In this document: piece after piece, positions 1 through 9,564 of the stretch
How the letters are laid out: the number at the start of each line of letters is the position of its first letter
Position numbering within the stretch: the first letter of the stretch is position 1
Source of the DNA: an uncultured Planctomycetaceae bacterium
GTDB lineage: Bacteria > Planctomycetota > Planctomycetia > Planctomycetales > Planctomycetaceae
Direction of reading: 5' to 3'
NCBI GenBank assembly: GCA_903924405.1
Contig: CAIYBH010000471.1
Coordinates: 152 to 64,151, forward strand
Length of the DNA stretch: 64,000 bases
Translations under genes and position numbers: made by a program
Notes under the pieces: generated by a model
Databases searched by the model: none
What the model saw: the letters and a program-made list of their open reading frames with translations, nothing else
Told to the model about the DNA's origin: nothing

Positions 1-640
1 GATCGTTGGATGCGGGGTCAAAAACACCGCCGGTACCGACGAACAGGCTGACATCCTGCAATTGAATCTGCAGAAGATCGACGTCGACCAGAACCTCATC
101 GCCCAGCAGATCCACTTCTTCCTGCTGCGTCTTCTCAACGGTGAAATGGCCAGTAGCCATCACATAACCCTTGAGATTGAGCGTCATGCCGCCGCCAACC
201 GAAAAGGACGTGTCATCGGCGAGATCATGCAGGGGGTGCGCGTCGTCCGTAAACAACACGGACCAGTCAATCTTCGGGGCGATCTGCGTGCCATTGGAGG
301 CGGAATTGGACACAATACTGAGGTTGTTGGCCTCGATCGTGTAGTCGTCAGGCAGACCGACAATGCTGAGTCCATCCGCACTGGCTGCAATCCCCGTCCA
401 CTTCCGCTTATCCGTTGGCGGATCTTCAGGCGTTGGGTTGGTGACCGTGGCAATGCCGATATTAAGCGCCGCAGTGTCCACGTGGAGGCCTGTCGCGTCT
501 GTTGTGTCGATGTCGTTGGATGCGGCGTCAAAAACACCACCGGTTCCGACAAACAGGCTGACATCCTGCAACTGAATCTGCAGGAGATCGACGTCGACCA
601 GAACGGCATCGCCCAGCAGATCCACGTCCTGCTGTGAAGT
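1..640 (-). repeat. In-frame 510-bp (170-aa) tandem repeat at the C-terminal side of the giant gene, continuing beyond the window start
   Basis: nt 1-120 align to nt 511-630 with 12 mismatches in 120 by hand count. Beyond that, similarity drops to protein level with a 3-nt indel (TLNLKGYVMATGHFTVEKTQQEEVDLL vs RLRIKDYILASGSFKVEKTSQQDVDLL). Confidence 0.8.
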
Positions 641-3600
641 TTTCTCGACTTTAAAGCTACCGGATGCGAGGATGTAGTCTTTGATTCTCAATCTGACCGT
701 GGCAGATGCTTCTGTCAATTCGCCGCGACTTCCGTCGAGCGTGAGAGAAATTGAGCTTCCCGTCCCTGTGGCTACTGTCACGGGATGTGCCGCGTAATCG
801 ACAACGAGGATGGTCGACGAGGCAGGTACGGCTGGCTGACTGAAGCCTTCCACGGTCTGTGTCAATACCGCTGCGGAGACCGAGGAGGTGGCTGTCCCTG
901 TTATTGTCGGCACGTCGGTTTCCGCCAGTGTTCCTCCGAAGCGGACCTGCAACTCAGTACCGCTCCAGTAAGTCACTGTGATCGTCGCGCCGGAGGCGGC
1001 CGAAATAGCGGTGCTGAGTGCCGTCTGAACTTCGTCTTTTCCGGCGGAGGTGGAGATCGCGGTTGTGGTGTAGGTTGTACCGTTGACGACCACGGAAAGT
1101 GTGAATGTGCTTTCGTTTCCGGTTGTCAGAATCCGGATGCGCTGAGTTTCGCCGTCTCCCGCCTTTCCGGGGGTACCTGTGCCTGCTGTGATGGTGGCGT
1201 AGGCAAGCTCCGGATAGGCAGCGGAAATCTGCGGGACATCAGTGTTTGCCAGGTCTCCGGTGAAAGTCACGAGATATCTTGTACCGGAGACCGTTGACGT
1301 GGTGTCAAACAGGACCGAAACATTTCCAGCGCCGATGTTCGACAGACTGAGCAGAGCTGCCTGAATATTCGCGGCCTGTGTGGCGGTGTCGCTGGTGTAC
1401 GCGATGCTGCCGGTGGTCTCACCGTCATAGGACAGTGTAAACGCGCCCGAGGCACTGGGTGCATTGGCTTGTGTCAATACGCTCACAGGGCCCAGATCAA
1501 GACCGGCCAGAGCACCTCCAAACGTAACATCCAGTTGCAATTGTCCATTACTGGTAATCGCCGTAATGATGGTCGTACCGCTGACGCCAGCCAGTGCTGT
1601 GTTTAACGCCGACTGAATGGCTGAGGAACTAGCAGTAAACGACAACGCTGTTGTCTGATAAACATTGCTGCCGACCGGAACCACAAGCTTATACGTGCCT
1701 GTTTCCGTACCAACATTCATCAGAATCCGCTGCACTTCGTTCCCAACAGCCCTGCCTGTTGTCAACGTGGACGTCGAAATGCTCGCGTTCGAAAGACCGG
1801 CTCCCTGAACCAAAAACGTAGACGCCACACCTGCAGTCAGAGCCCCCTTCAAGGCCACCCGGAAGCGCGGCTGCTGAGCAGAAGACGTGCTGTCCCACGT
1901 CACTTCCACATTGCCAGTGCCGATATTTGACAGGCGTTCCAACTCGATCTGAATCAGACTGGCCTGCACTGTATTGCCATTGACCAGATTGATCGCGCGA
2001 GTTGTCTGGCCGCCATAGGTCAGCGTAAAGGAACCGCTGGCTGTCTTTGCCGTTGTGCTGGTTGTCACAGTCACCGGCTGAATGTTTTTGCCACTCAGAT
2101 TTCCACCGAAGGTCACGGTGAGCCTTGCAGCCCCGGGTGATCCGGTACGGGAAACCGTCGCTGAGCCGATGCTGTTGATGGCAGTATTCAAGGCTGACTG
2201 AATGGTGGCCTCAGTCGCATCAAACGCCAGAGCAGAAGTCGTCAGGGTGCTGTCGTTGTATGTGACCGCGAGTGTAAACGTCCCACCGGCGGTGCCGGTC
2301 TCCAGCGAGATCGTCTGCACTTCGTTGACGGTCGTGCTGCTGCCCGAAATCGTCGCTGCGGAAATGCTGGCTCCGTTCGTCAGGCTGCTGCCGCTGGCGG
2401 TGATGTTGTCTACGCCAATCGTGCCTGATGTCACGAGAAAACGCGGCGCTGTATCCGCATTCGACGAGGTGCTGTCGTATTTTACACTGATGTTTCCAGA
2501 ACCGATGCCCGATAGTCTCTCCAATTCAATTTGAATCAGGCTTGCCTGAACCGCTGTTCCGTTGACAAGGTTGATCGCTGCGGTCGTCTGGCCGCCGTAG
2601 CTGAGCGTAAAGCTGCCACTGGCTGTCGGCGTCACGACATCCGTGTAGATCTTCAGCAGCGGCACATCTTTTCCGGCAAGCCCGCCCGAGAATGTTACAT
2701 CGAAGGTAGTTGAACCAGAAGTTCCCGGACGAGTAACGGTCGTGCTTCCCAATGTGCCCAGAGCCGTGTTCAACGCCGTCTGAATGCTGCTGCCTGTTGC
2801 GTTAAACGCCAGATCCGCCGTCGTATAGGTACGATCATTGACCGTCAGCGACAGCCGAAACGTGCCGCTGGCAGATCCGCTGTTCAGAGCGACAGTCTGT
2901 TTCTCATTGATGGATGCTGTACCGTTTTCCAGCGTGCGTGCCTGCACTGTCGCGTATTGCAACTGTGTGCCTGTCGCTGAAATCTCCGTGGCGTTGGCTC
3001 CGGCAAGGCTGCCCGAGAACAGGACATTGTACTGTGGTGCGGCCGCGGTCGACGTCGTGTTGTAAGTCACCTGCACGTTTCCGGCCCCGATCGTCGAGAG
3101 GCTTTGAAGCGCCGTCCGGATTTCGGTTGCTTGTGTGGCGGTGTTACTGTTCAGCGTGATCGGCGAGGTGGTCTGGCCACCGTATGACAATGTAAACGTG
3201 CCGCCGGGCTTGAGACTGTCAGGCGCTGTCTGCACCTGCATTGGTTCCAGATTCTGACCAGCATATGTGCCGGTAAACGTCACGTTCAGACTGAATCGAT
3301 CGCTGCTGTCCGTCCTTGTCACATTTATCGAGCCAGCGCCCAGCACACTATCTAGTGCGGTCTGGATTGCAGAAGCCGGAGCCGCAAGTGATAAATTTCC
3401 CGTCCAGTACATCGCCCCGTTGTATGGCAACGCAAGGCGGAAGGTGCCTGTTGTGGTACCGGTGACAATGGCAACCTGCTGGACTTCATTAATTCCAGTG
3501 GCAGCTGTGGTGGAGTATTCCAGTGTAATGGACGCTCCAAGGCCAAGGTCCTGCGCTGTGATCGTTCCGGTGAATCCGGGAATTCTGATCGTATACTTTT

Positions 3601-6600
3601 GGTTAATGATTTGGCTGTCTTGATCAAACGTGACGTAGACACTCTTCTTCCCGGTAATTTTCTTAAGTGCAGCGATCAGCCTGTCGCGGTTCATGTCATG
3701 CTGGTTTTGCGCCCACCTGATCGCTGCAGATTTCCCTCCGTAGCTTAGTGAGTACTGGCCGCTGGCGGTCGCGCCGGCCGAAATAGTGATACTGTTCAGA
3801 GTACCGGCAGCCATCCTGCCTGCCGTAACTTCACTCACCGTTGCTGTGAGTTTCGGCGTCGGCGGAGTCTGTGTGGTCACTGTGATCTGCTGACGTTCGC
3901 TGGATGCACCAGCTCCCCTCGTCGCTTCTGTCACTGAAGTTGTGACCGTCGGTTTTGTCTGAGCCGGCTTATCAATTGTTAGCTGTCGAAGTACGCTGGT
4001 GCTGGTGTAACCATCGACGGTTTCTGTGACTAATGCCGAGACGGACGGCGTGGAAGTACTCGGCTTGTTAATCACAATTTCCTGAACGTGGCTACTGCCT
4101 GGTGCTCCGTTGGAAATCTGAGTCACCGTCGTGCGGATCGTTGGTTCCGGGATTTGCGACGGGTTGATTGTGATGGACTGCACTTCACTGACGCCGACTT
4201 TGGCCGCTGTCAGTTGCGAGACCGTGACCGAACCTGAGGAGTTGGCGGGTGTCGACACCGTCAGTCCGGTCACATTGGTGCCGGCGAGTGTGCCCTGAAA
4301 TTCAATCGTGAAGCCCTTTGAACGTGATCCAGTGACGGCCACGTTGCCGGCTCCTATGCCTTGCATTCCCTCCAGCGCTGTTGTGATTTTCGTGCGGATG
4401 GCAGCATCGCTGTTGGACCGGGAGATGGTCGCTGTTCCCGTGGCTGACTGATAAGTGAACGTCAGGTCACCAACCGTATCGTTCGCAATCTGCAGACTGT
4501 ACTGCGTGTTGGACGACGAGGCCGGCACACCGGAATCAGAGACTGTCACGCCCCTGTTGATCGCGACAGTGATATCCGTTCCGGAAGCCTCAAAGTCCGA
4601 ACTGCCGAGAAATTCTGCGAGGCCTGCCGTGGCCTGCAGCGTGGTCCATTTTCGTGTGGGTGTTTTTCGATCGGTGATTATCGCCAGACCAAAGTCGGCA
4701 TCCTGCAGACTTAACCCAACGGCGTCTTCATTGGTTGCAGGCCCGTTGTTTCCGGCAAACGCACTGATGTTTGTGCCGCCAAGTGTCAACAGGTCAGCAT
4801 CAACTGTCGTTTCGTCGGACAGCGTCACTGTTTCCCGACGTTTTTCGACGGCAAAACTTCCGGAAACTGTGAAGAAGTCCGAAACGTTCACATCCAGTGT
4901 CCCGGAAGCCCTCAAAAGCGGTCCGAGATCCCCGTCCAGATCGAGGGTGAGAGACTCGGTGGAGCTCGTTCTGACGGTCAGGGGCTGTGATTTGTAGTCA
5001 ACCACCAGTACATCCACTGTGTCCGCACGATTAATCTGTACACTCAGGTCTGTGGCTTCGATCGTGAGTCCCGTAACCCCCACGATGGCAACACTGCCCA
5101 CGCTGGCCTGCAATGTGGTCCATTTTCTGGCGGTGTTCTGTTTGTCAGTCGCCATCGCCACGGCAAACTCAGTATCTGTCAACAACAGTCCGGTCGCCTG
5201 TGGTGTGTCATAATGCACGCCCGCGAAGGCGTTGATGCCTGTGCCGCCAATCGTCAACAGGTCGACGTCGACAGAGCTTTCGTCAGACAGCGTCAGCGTT
5301 TCGGACGATTTGGTGATGGCAAGACTGCCTGTGACGTAAAAGAAGTCACCCACGCCAAGAGTCAGTGTACCGGCTGCTTCAAGAAGCTGTCCGCGCGAAC
5401 CGTCAAAGTCGATGGTGATGGTGGAGGCAACACCGTCACTGTCTTTTCCCGTTTCCACAGAGAGAAAACTGTCGGAAAAGTCGATCACGTCACCCTGGAC
5501 GTCAGCGCGATTGACTGCCAGCGACAGATCTGTGGCAGAAAGTGTCAAGTCATTGACCCCGACCAGCTCAACGCTGCCGGCGGACGCTGTCAGGGCAGTC
5601 CAGCGGCGCGTTGGGTCCGTCTTTGATGTTGCCAGCGCGAGACCAAACTCGACGTCAGACAAGGCCAGCCCCTGGCGGTCACTGCTGTTGCCGTTGACTC
5701 CCGCGAACGCGTTGACGTTGGTCGCTCCAATGGTCAGCAGGTCGACATCCAGACTTGTGCTGTCCGTATCTGCCAGCGTGACCTGGGTTTCTGATTTGCT
5801 GACAGCAAATGACCCGTTGAGCAGGACAAAACCGAACAGATCAATATCGAATGTCGCAGACGCGGTAAGAACCGGCCCGTCCGCCGCATCAAAGTCGAGA
5901 GTCATTGACGAGTCTGGCCCGGTGGCGACAAGCAGCGGCTGGTCACTGAAATTGATCAGGTGCCCTGCTGAATCCGGTTGATTGAGTGCGACATTCAGAT
6001 CGGTTGCGGACACCGTCAGGCCGTCAACTCCGACAAAGCTGACGCTTTCTGCCGTAGCCTTGGCCGCGATCCAGTGTTGACTTCTGTCTGTGCTGGATGT
6101 GGCAACAACAATCGCAACATCCACGGAGGCCAACTGCAGTCCCATGGCGTTATCGGTACCACTGTTGACACCAGCAAACCCGGAAACATCGGCTGCACCA
6201 AACGTCAGCAGTTCCACATCCGTGGCCTGAGTGTCCTGATCCAGCGTCACGGATCCCGTCGTTTTACTGATCGCTATACCGCCTTCTACCTGCAGGAAAC
6301 CCGACACCGTCAGACTTAGTGTGCCGGAAGCTTTGAGCAATTCGCCGTTGTAGTCGAGCACAACCGGCGAGTCCCCGCCTGTCGGGATTGAGAGATTGTC
6401 CGACGAAAAGTCAGCGACAGCCGTCGCCGGATTTCCATTAAGAGTTCCCCCGGCTTTATTGATAGCCACGGTAAGGTCTGTGCCGGTGGCAGTGATGTCC
6501 GCCACGCCCAGCAGACTGGCAGTTGCCGCACTCGCCATCGCAGCCGTCCACGTCCGCTGATCCTGGCCATTCTGGTCGTTCGAGGGCGAAGCGAGCATGA

Positions 6601-8521
6601 CCCCGAAGCTGACACCGGCCACCGACAACCCGACCGCATCTGTATCTCCGGCATTGGAGCCGACAAAGGCACTGATGTCGCTGCCTCCGATCGTCAGCAT
6701 TTCAACCGAGATCGGTGTGCTGCTGCCCGAGACAACCAGATCCTGTGTGGACTTCTCAATCGCCACATTCCCGGAAATAGTGAAGAAATCCTGCACCGTA
6801 AACGCTGCTGTCGCTGACACGCTCTGCTGTTCGGCAGCCATCTGCGGAATCACAACGGTAATTCCGTCCACAGATACGGTCCGCTCATCCACGGCGGAAG
6901 TTGAGGTGTTCTGTGCCACGGAAGCGGTACCACTGACGGCGCCCAGGTTGCCACCGGAGATGATGAATTGACCTGACGCATAGACCTGGCGGGTGCCATC
7001 GGCATTCAGCAGCAATGCCCCTTCGCCGTTGGAAACCCCGGCGTAGTAGCCGGATCCCGCGCGCAATTCGGCGGCGAAATTTGTCGCGACTGCTTCTATG
7101 TCGCCCCCAATACGCTGGAAACCGACGTCACCGGAGAGGTGCACGAAATCGCCCACGCCGACAGTCAGCCCGGTTGCCGAGAGAACCATCAGGTCCGTCG
7201 CTGCAGGAAGATCCGTGAAGACGTAATTCACCAAACCGATGCTGACCGTTGTGTTCGAATAGTCTTCATCTGTGGTGTTGTAACGCAGTGATGCGTAGTC
7301 TGCCGAGGCGGAAGCGAAGTCTCCCCCGGTCAGTGCGAATCCCCCATGCACTTCAAGAGCCATCGTGTCGGTGTCGGTCAGAATCAGCCCGAGGCTGGCA
7401 TCATGGACCCCAGCGGAAAACGGGCCAGCCTGCATGGTGGCGGTCACATTGGTGGCCACAGCAGTCACATCCGGGCCGGACACATCAAATGCAAAATCTC
7501 CCTCAATAGTGGCGAAACCGGTGATGCCAAATTCGACATTGCTGCCCGCGAAGCGTCTGGCATTCGCCTCAACATCAATTGTCACAGATTGCCCGTTGAC
7601 ACTTAGCACACGCTGAACATCTGTGGAAATGGTGCTGCGTTCGGCGTAGAAGGTGCCGGACATTGAGAAGCCGGCGATGCCAGTCAGCGCCGCGGTCCCG
7701 CTGGCTTCCAACGCATAAGTGTGGCTGGCGGTCAGCACGAGCCCAAAACTGGCATCGGTGATCTCTACACCAGCGCTCTCCTGATCCAGTGTGACATTGA
7801 TTGAAGAACCAACGATGCGTGTTTCGCCACCGCCTTGTTCAAAGGCCAGTGTTCCGGAAAAGGTCGCAAAGCCATCGACGGAGATGCTGCCCGTGCAGCT
7901 AAAGGTCGCGGTGCTGTCGTCGAAGTAGCTGCTGAGAAACCGCCCGAAGGCGTCTCGTTGAGAATCGGGCGGAGAAAACTGCAAACCACCGGGAAGCGCT
8001 TTGACTTCCAGACGCAGACTGCCATCACTTCCTGAAACCACATCGAAGTATCGATCGTTGGCCGGGAACGCATACAGCCCCAGTGCGTCAGAAAATTTGC
8101 CAGTGAATGAACTGGTCGAAGAAATGTTCAGAAAATTGAACGTAGTGCCGACGGCGGGCACGTAGTTGTTGACCAACCGCACGTCGAGCATTCCATTCAA
8201 TGAAACGGCACCACCGCCGGTTACGTTGATCTGGTCATAGCCGTCGACGTCATTTCCACCGAGCGGATTGCCTGCCGTGGAACCCCCGATTTCAATCTCC
8301 AGCGTGCCCTCGGCCGAAAGATTCAGAGACGAGTAGGTGAGCACCTCAGTCAGGTCGCTGGTCAGGAGCAGTCGTGGCTCCAGTGACTGAAGCCTTCCGG
8401 AAAGTATGGGAGTCGTTCGCGGTCGAACTGCAGATCGGGACAATCTGCGGTGTTTTCTTCTGTTGGCAGGGTGACTCAGAAGGTCCTGACGGAGACGTTT
8501 CCAGAATTGTTGCAGGCTCAT
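1..8521 (-). CDS. Giant secreted LEPR-XLL-domain repeat protein (adhesin-like); 3' end runs off the window (>=2840 aa visible)
   Basis: Manual minus-strand translation from the ATG at 8521-8519 (in-frame stop just upstream, ~8528) gives MSLQQFWKRLRQDLLSHPANRRKHRRLSRSAVRPRTTPILSGRLQSLEPRLLLTSDLTEVLTYSSLNLSAEGTLEIEIGG... This carries the LEPR-x-LL N-terminal motif of planctomycete giant secreted proteins. The frame was open wherever I translated or stop-scanned it (8521-~7300, ~4100-3600, 640-2). The track lists no minus ORF in this frame, as expected for an ORF with no stop inside the window. All listed ORFs in 1-8500 are short and in other frames. Confidence 0.85.
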   Translation of the reverse strand, partial: MSLQQFWKRLRQDLLSHPANRRKHRRLSRSAVRPRTTPILSGRLQSLEPRLLLTSDLTEVLTYSSLNLSAEGTLEIEIGGSTAGNPLGGNDVDGYDQINVTGGGAVSLNGMLDVRLVNNYVPAVGTTFNFLNISSTSSFTGKFSDALGLYAFPANDRYFDVVSGSDGSLRLEVKALPGGLQFSPPDSQRDAFGRFLSSYFDDSTATFSCTGSISVDGFATFSGTLAFEQGGGETRIVGSSINVTLDQESAGVEITDASFGLVLTASHTYALEASGTAALTGIAGFSMSGTFYAERSTISTDVQRVLSVNGQSVTIDVEANARRFAGSNVEFGITGFATIEGDFAFDVSGPDVTAVATNVTATMQAGPFSAGVHDASLGLILTDTDTMALEVHGGFALTGGDFASASADYASLRYNTTDEDYSNTTVSIGLVNYVFTDLPAATDLMVLSATGLTVGVGDFVHLSGDVGFQRIGGDIEAVATNFAAELRAGSGYYAGVSNGEGALLLNADGTRQVYASGQFIISGGNLGAVSGTASVAQNTSTSAVDERTVSVDGITVVIPQMAAEQQSVSATAAFTVQDFFTISGNVAIEKSTQDLVVSGSSTPISVEMLTIGGSDISAFVGSNAGDTDAVGLSVAGVSFGVMLASPSNDQNGQDQRTWTAAMASAATASLLGVADITATGTDLTVAINKAGGTLNGNPATAVADFSSDNLSIPTGGDSPVVLDYNGELLKASGTLSLTVSGFLQVEGGIAISKTTGSVTLDQDTQATDVELLTFGAADVSGFAGVNSGTDNAMGLQLASVDVAIVVATSSTDRSQHWIAAKATAESVSFVGVDGLTVSATDLNVALNQPDSAGHLINFSDQPLLVATGPDSSMTLDFDAADGPVLTASATFDIDLFGFVLLNGSFAVSKSETQVTLADTDSTSLDVDLLTIGATNVNAFAGVNGNSSDRQGLALSDVEFGLALATSKTDPTRRWTALTASAGSVELVGVNDLTLSATDLSLAVNRADVQGDVIDFSDSFLSVETGKDSDGVASTITIDFDGSRGQLLEAAGTLTLGVGDFFYVTGSLAITKSSETLTLSDESSVDVDLLTIGGTGINAFAGVHYDTPQATGLLLTDTEFAVAMATDKQNTARKWTTLQASVGSVAIVGVTGLTIEATDLSVQINRADTVDVLVVDYKSQPLTVRTSSTESLTLDLDGDLGPLLRASGTLDVNVSDFFTVSGSFAVEKRRETVTLSDETTVDADLLTLGGTNISAFAGNNGPATNEDAVGLSLQDADFGLAIITDRKTPTRKWTTLQATAGLAEFLGSSDFEASGTDITVAINRGVTVSDSGVPASSSNTQYSLQIANDTVGDLTFTYQSATGTATISRSNSDAAIRTKITTALEGMQGIGAGNVAVTGSRSKGFTIEFQGTLAGTNVTGLTVSTPANSSGSVTVSQLTAAKVGVSEVQSITINPSQIPEPTIRTTVTQISNGAPGSSHVQEIVINKPSTSTPSVSALVTETVDGYTSTSVLRQLTIDKPAQTKPTVTTSVTEATRGAGASSERQQITVTTQTPPTPKLTATVSEVTAGRMAAGTLNSITISAGATASGQYSLSYGGKSAAIRWAQNQHDMNRDRLIAALKKITGKKSVYVTFDQDSQIINQKYTIRIPGFTGTITAQDLGLGASITLEYSTTAATGINEVQQVAIVTGTTTGTFRLALPYNGAMYWTGNLSLAAPASAIQTALDSVLGAGSINVTRTDSSDRFSLNVTFTGTYAGQNLEPMQVQTAPDSLKPGGTFTLSYGGQTTSPITLNSNTATQATEIRTALQSLSTIGAGNVQVTYNTTSTAAAPQYNVLFSGSLAGANATEISATGTQLQYATVQARTLENGTASINEKQTVALNSGSASGTFRLSLTVNDRTYTTADLAFNATGSSIQTALNTALGTLGSTTVTRPGTSGSTTFDVTFSGGLAGKDVPLLKIYTDVVTPTASGSFTLSYGGQTTAAINLVNGTAVQASLIQIELERLSGIGSGNISVKYDSTSSNADTAPRFLVTSGTIGVDNITASGSSLTNGASISAATISGSSTTVNEVQTISLETGTAGGTFTLAVTYNDSTLTTSALAFDATEATIQSALNTAINSIGSATVSRTGSPGAARLTVTFGGNLSGKNIQPVTVTTSTTAKTASGSFTLTYGGQTTRAINLVNGNTVQASLIQIELERLSNIGTGNVEVTWDSTSSAQQPRFRVALKGALTAGVASTFLVQGAGLSNASISTSTLTTGRAVGNEVQRILMNVGTETGTYKLVVPVGSNVYQTTALSFTASSSAIQSALNTALAGVSGTTIITAITSNGQLQLDVTFGGALAGLDLGPVSVLTQANAPSASGAFTLSYDGETTGSIAYTSDTATQAANIQAALLSLSNIGAGNVSVLFDTTSTVSGTRYLVTFTGDLANTDVPQISAAYPELAYATITAGTGTPGKAGDGETQRIRILTTGNESTFTLSVVVNGTTYTTTAISTSAGKDEVQTALSTAISAASGATITVTYWSGTELQVRFGGTLAETDVPTITGTATSSVSAAVLTQTVEGFSQPAVPASSTILVVDYAAHPVTVATGTGSSISLTLDGSRGELTEASATVRLRIKDYILASGSFKVEKTSQQDVDLLGDAVLVDVDLLQIQLQDVSLFVGTGGVFDAASNDIDTTDATGLHVDTAALNIGIATVTNPTPEDPPTDKRKWTGIAASADGLSIVGLPDDYTIEANNLSIVSNSASNGTQIAPKIDWSVLFTDDAHPLHDLADDTSFSVGGGMTLNLKGYVMATGHFTVEKTQQEEVDLLGDEVLVDVDLLQIQLQDVSLFVGTGGVFDPASND
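1100..3800 (-). repeat. About 585-bp (~195-aa) in-frame tandem repeat family, ~5 copies (approximate borders)
   Basis: A block encoding FTLSYGGQTT / FTLSYDGETT recurs at ~1435, ~2025, ~2608, ~3193 and ~3752 (plus-strand ccgccataggtcagcgtaaag-like). Each unit also has a second TFTL.V.Y sub-module and an IQ.AL..L..IG.GNV segment. Confidence 0.7.
4400..6950 (-). repeat. About 475-bp (~158-aa) in-frame tandem repeat family, ~5 copies (approximate borders)
   Basis: Related blocks recur at ~4640/5115/5595/6065/6545 and at ~4775/5243/5720/6192/6680 (e.g. gtgccgccaa..gtcaacaggtc.ac.tc). Spacing is 468-488 bp. Confidence 0.7.
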
Positions 8522-9564
8522 TTTGTCTCAATATCGAGCTAAGGTTTGGCGTGCGGCTTTGTAGAAGAAATTCAGCCCGCGAATGGTCAGGGGGGGCAGA
8601 CCAAGGACAACAGGGCCGGAATTTCCGGAAGCGTCAGGCAACGGGCCTGGAACTGCACACGAGTCAAACGACACTAAAACGCCCGGACTTTTCAGTTCTG
8701 GCGAGCACACCCACTGGACGAATGCAGGTACGAGAATTCAGTGAGCAACCTGCGAAGCCAAAAAATGGGCAGGCCCTGATGATATGCTGAGACACAGCCA
8801 ACAATGTGCTGCCACAATGTCACCCGACGGGACTTGCTCCGCATTTCCCGGTCATGTCTGGCGCTTTGATGCAGGTTCGCTTTCAGGCGATTCTGTGCAC
8901 GTCCTGGTTCAGAAATTGTTTGTTCGGTGGCGACTCGGTCAGGTAGCCACCAAGGCTGACGCGCCGTGGGACGTCAGTGATCCGGGCAAATTGATCAGCT
9001 ATTGGTTTGCCCGCAGGGGAAACCCTATGGTGGCACGAGTGCTGATGCAATTCCGCGGCGCAAAATAAAAATAAAAAATCATCAAGTGGTATCGCTGGCA
9101 GATGGGCACAAGCCCGCATGGACGAGTATTGCCGGGATTAGTGCGAGTCGTATTTGAAAAGAATGATTCGGAATGTGAACAGAAGCATCTGCAATACGCT
9201 AATACAGACTTGTATGTCTTTTAATGCCTGGTTTGCCTTCTGCTTGTGTGTGGTTACCTCGGGCTCTTGCCGTGCAGGTCGCAAGTTTGGGGCCTTGATC
9301 GGCTTGTGAGCGGAATCTCGCTTGTGTCGTCTTTCTCAGATCAGGATGCCCCGCAGTACTGCCGCGCCGGGGTGCCATGCCCATCGCGACGACTCTGGAA
9401 AGAGAGTCACTGAGGCTACCTTGTTGATTGACGACGATCGGACCCCGCCTCTGCAGTGGACTCGGGGAAGAAAATTGCCTGCCCGCCTGGTACCCCGGGC
9501 GTAAGCTGTGCTCGCCACACTGTTGGTCCATGGCAAGTTTATAGAAGGCTGACGGGATGTCCTG

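Noticed and set aside
62-8035. Numerous plus-strand ORFs of 60-190 aa (e.g. 62..637, 4455..4997, 5412..5981, 5213..5626)
   Set aside because: They are shadow ORFs on the opposite strand of the giant LEPR-XLL gene. They overlap each other in several frames, are Ser/Arg/Pro-biased, and none has recognisable motifs.
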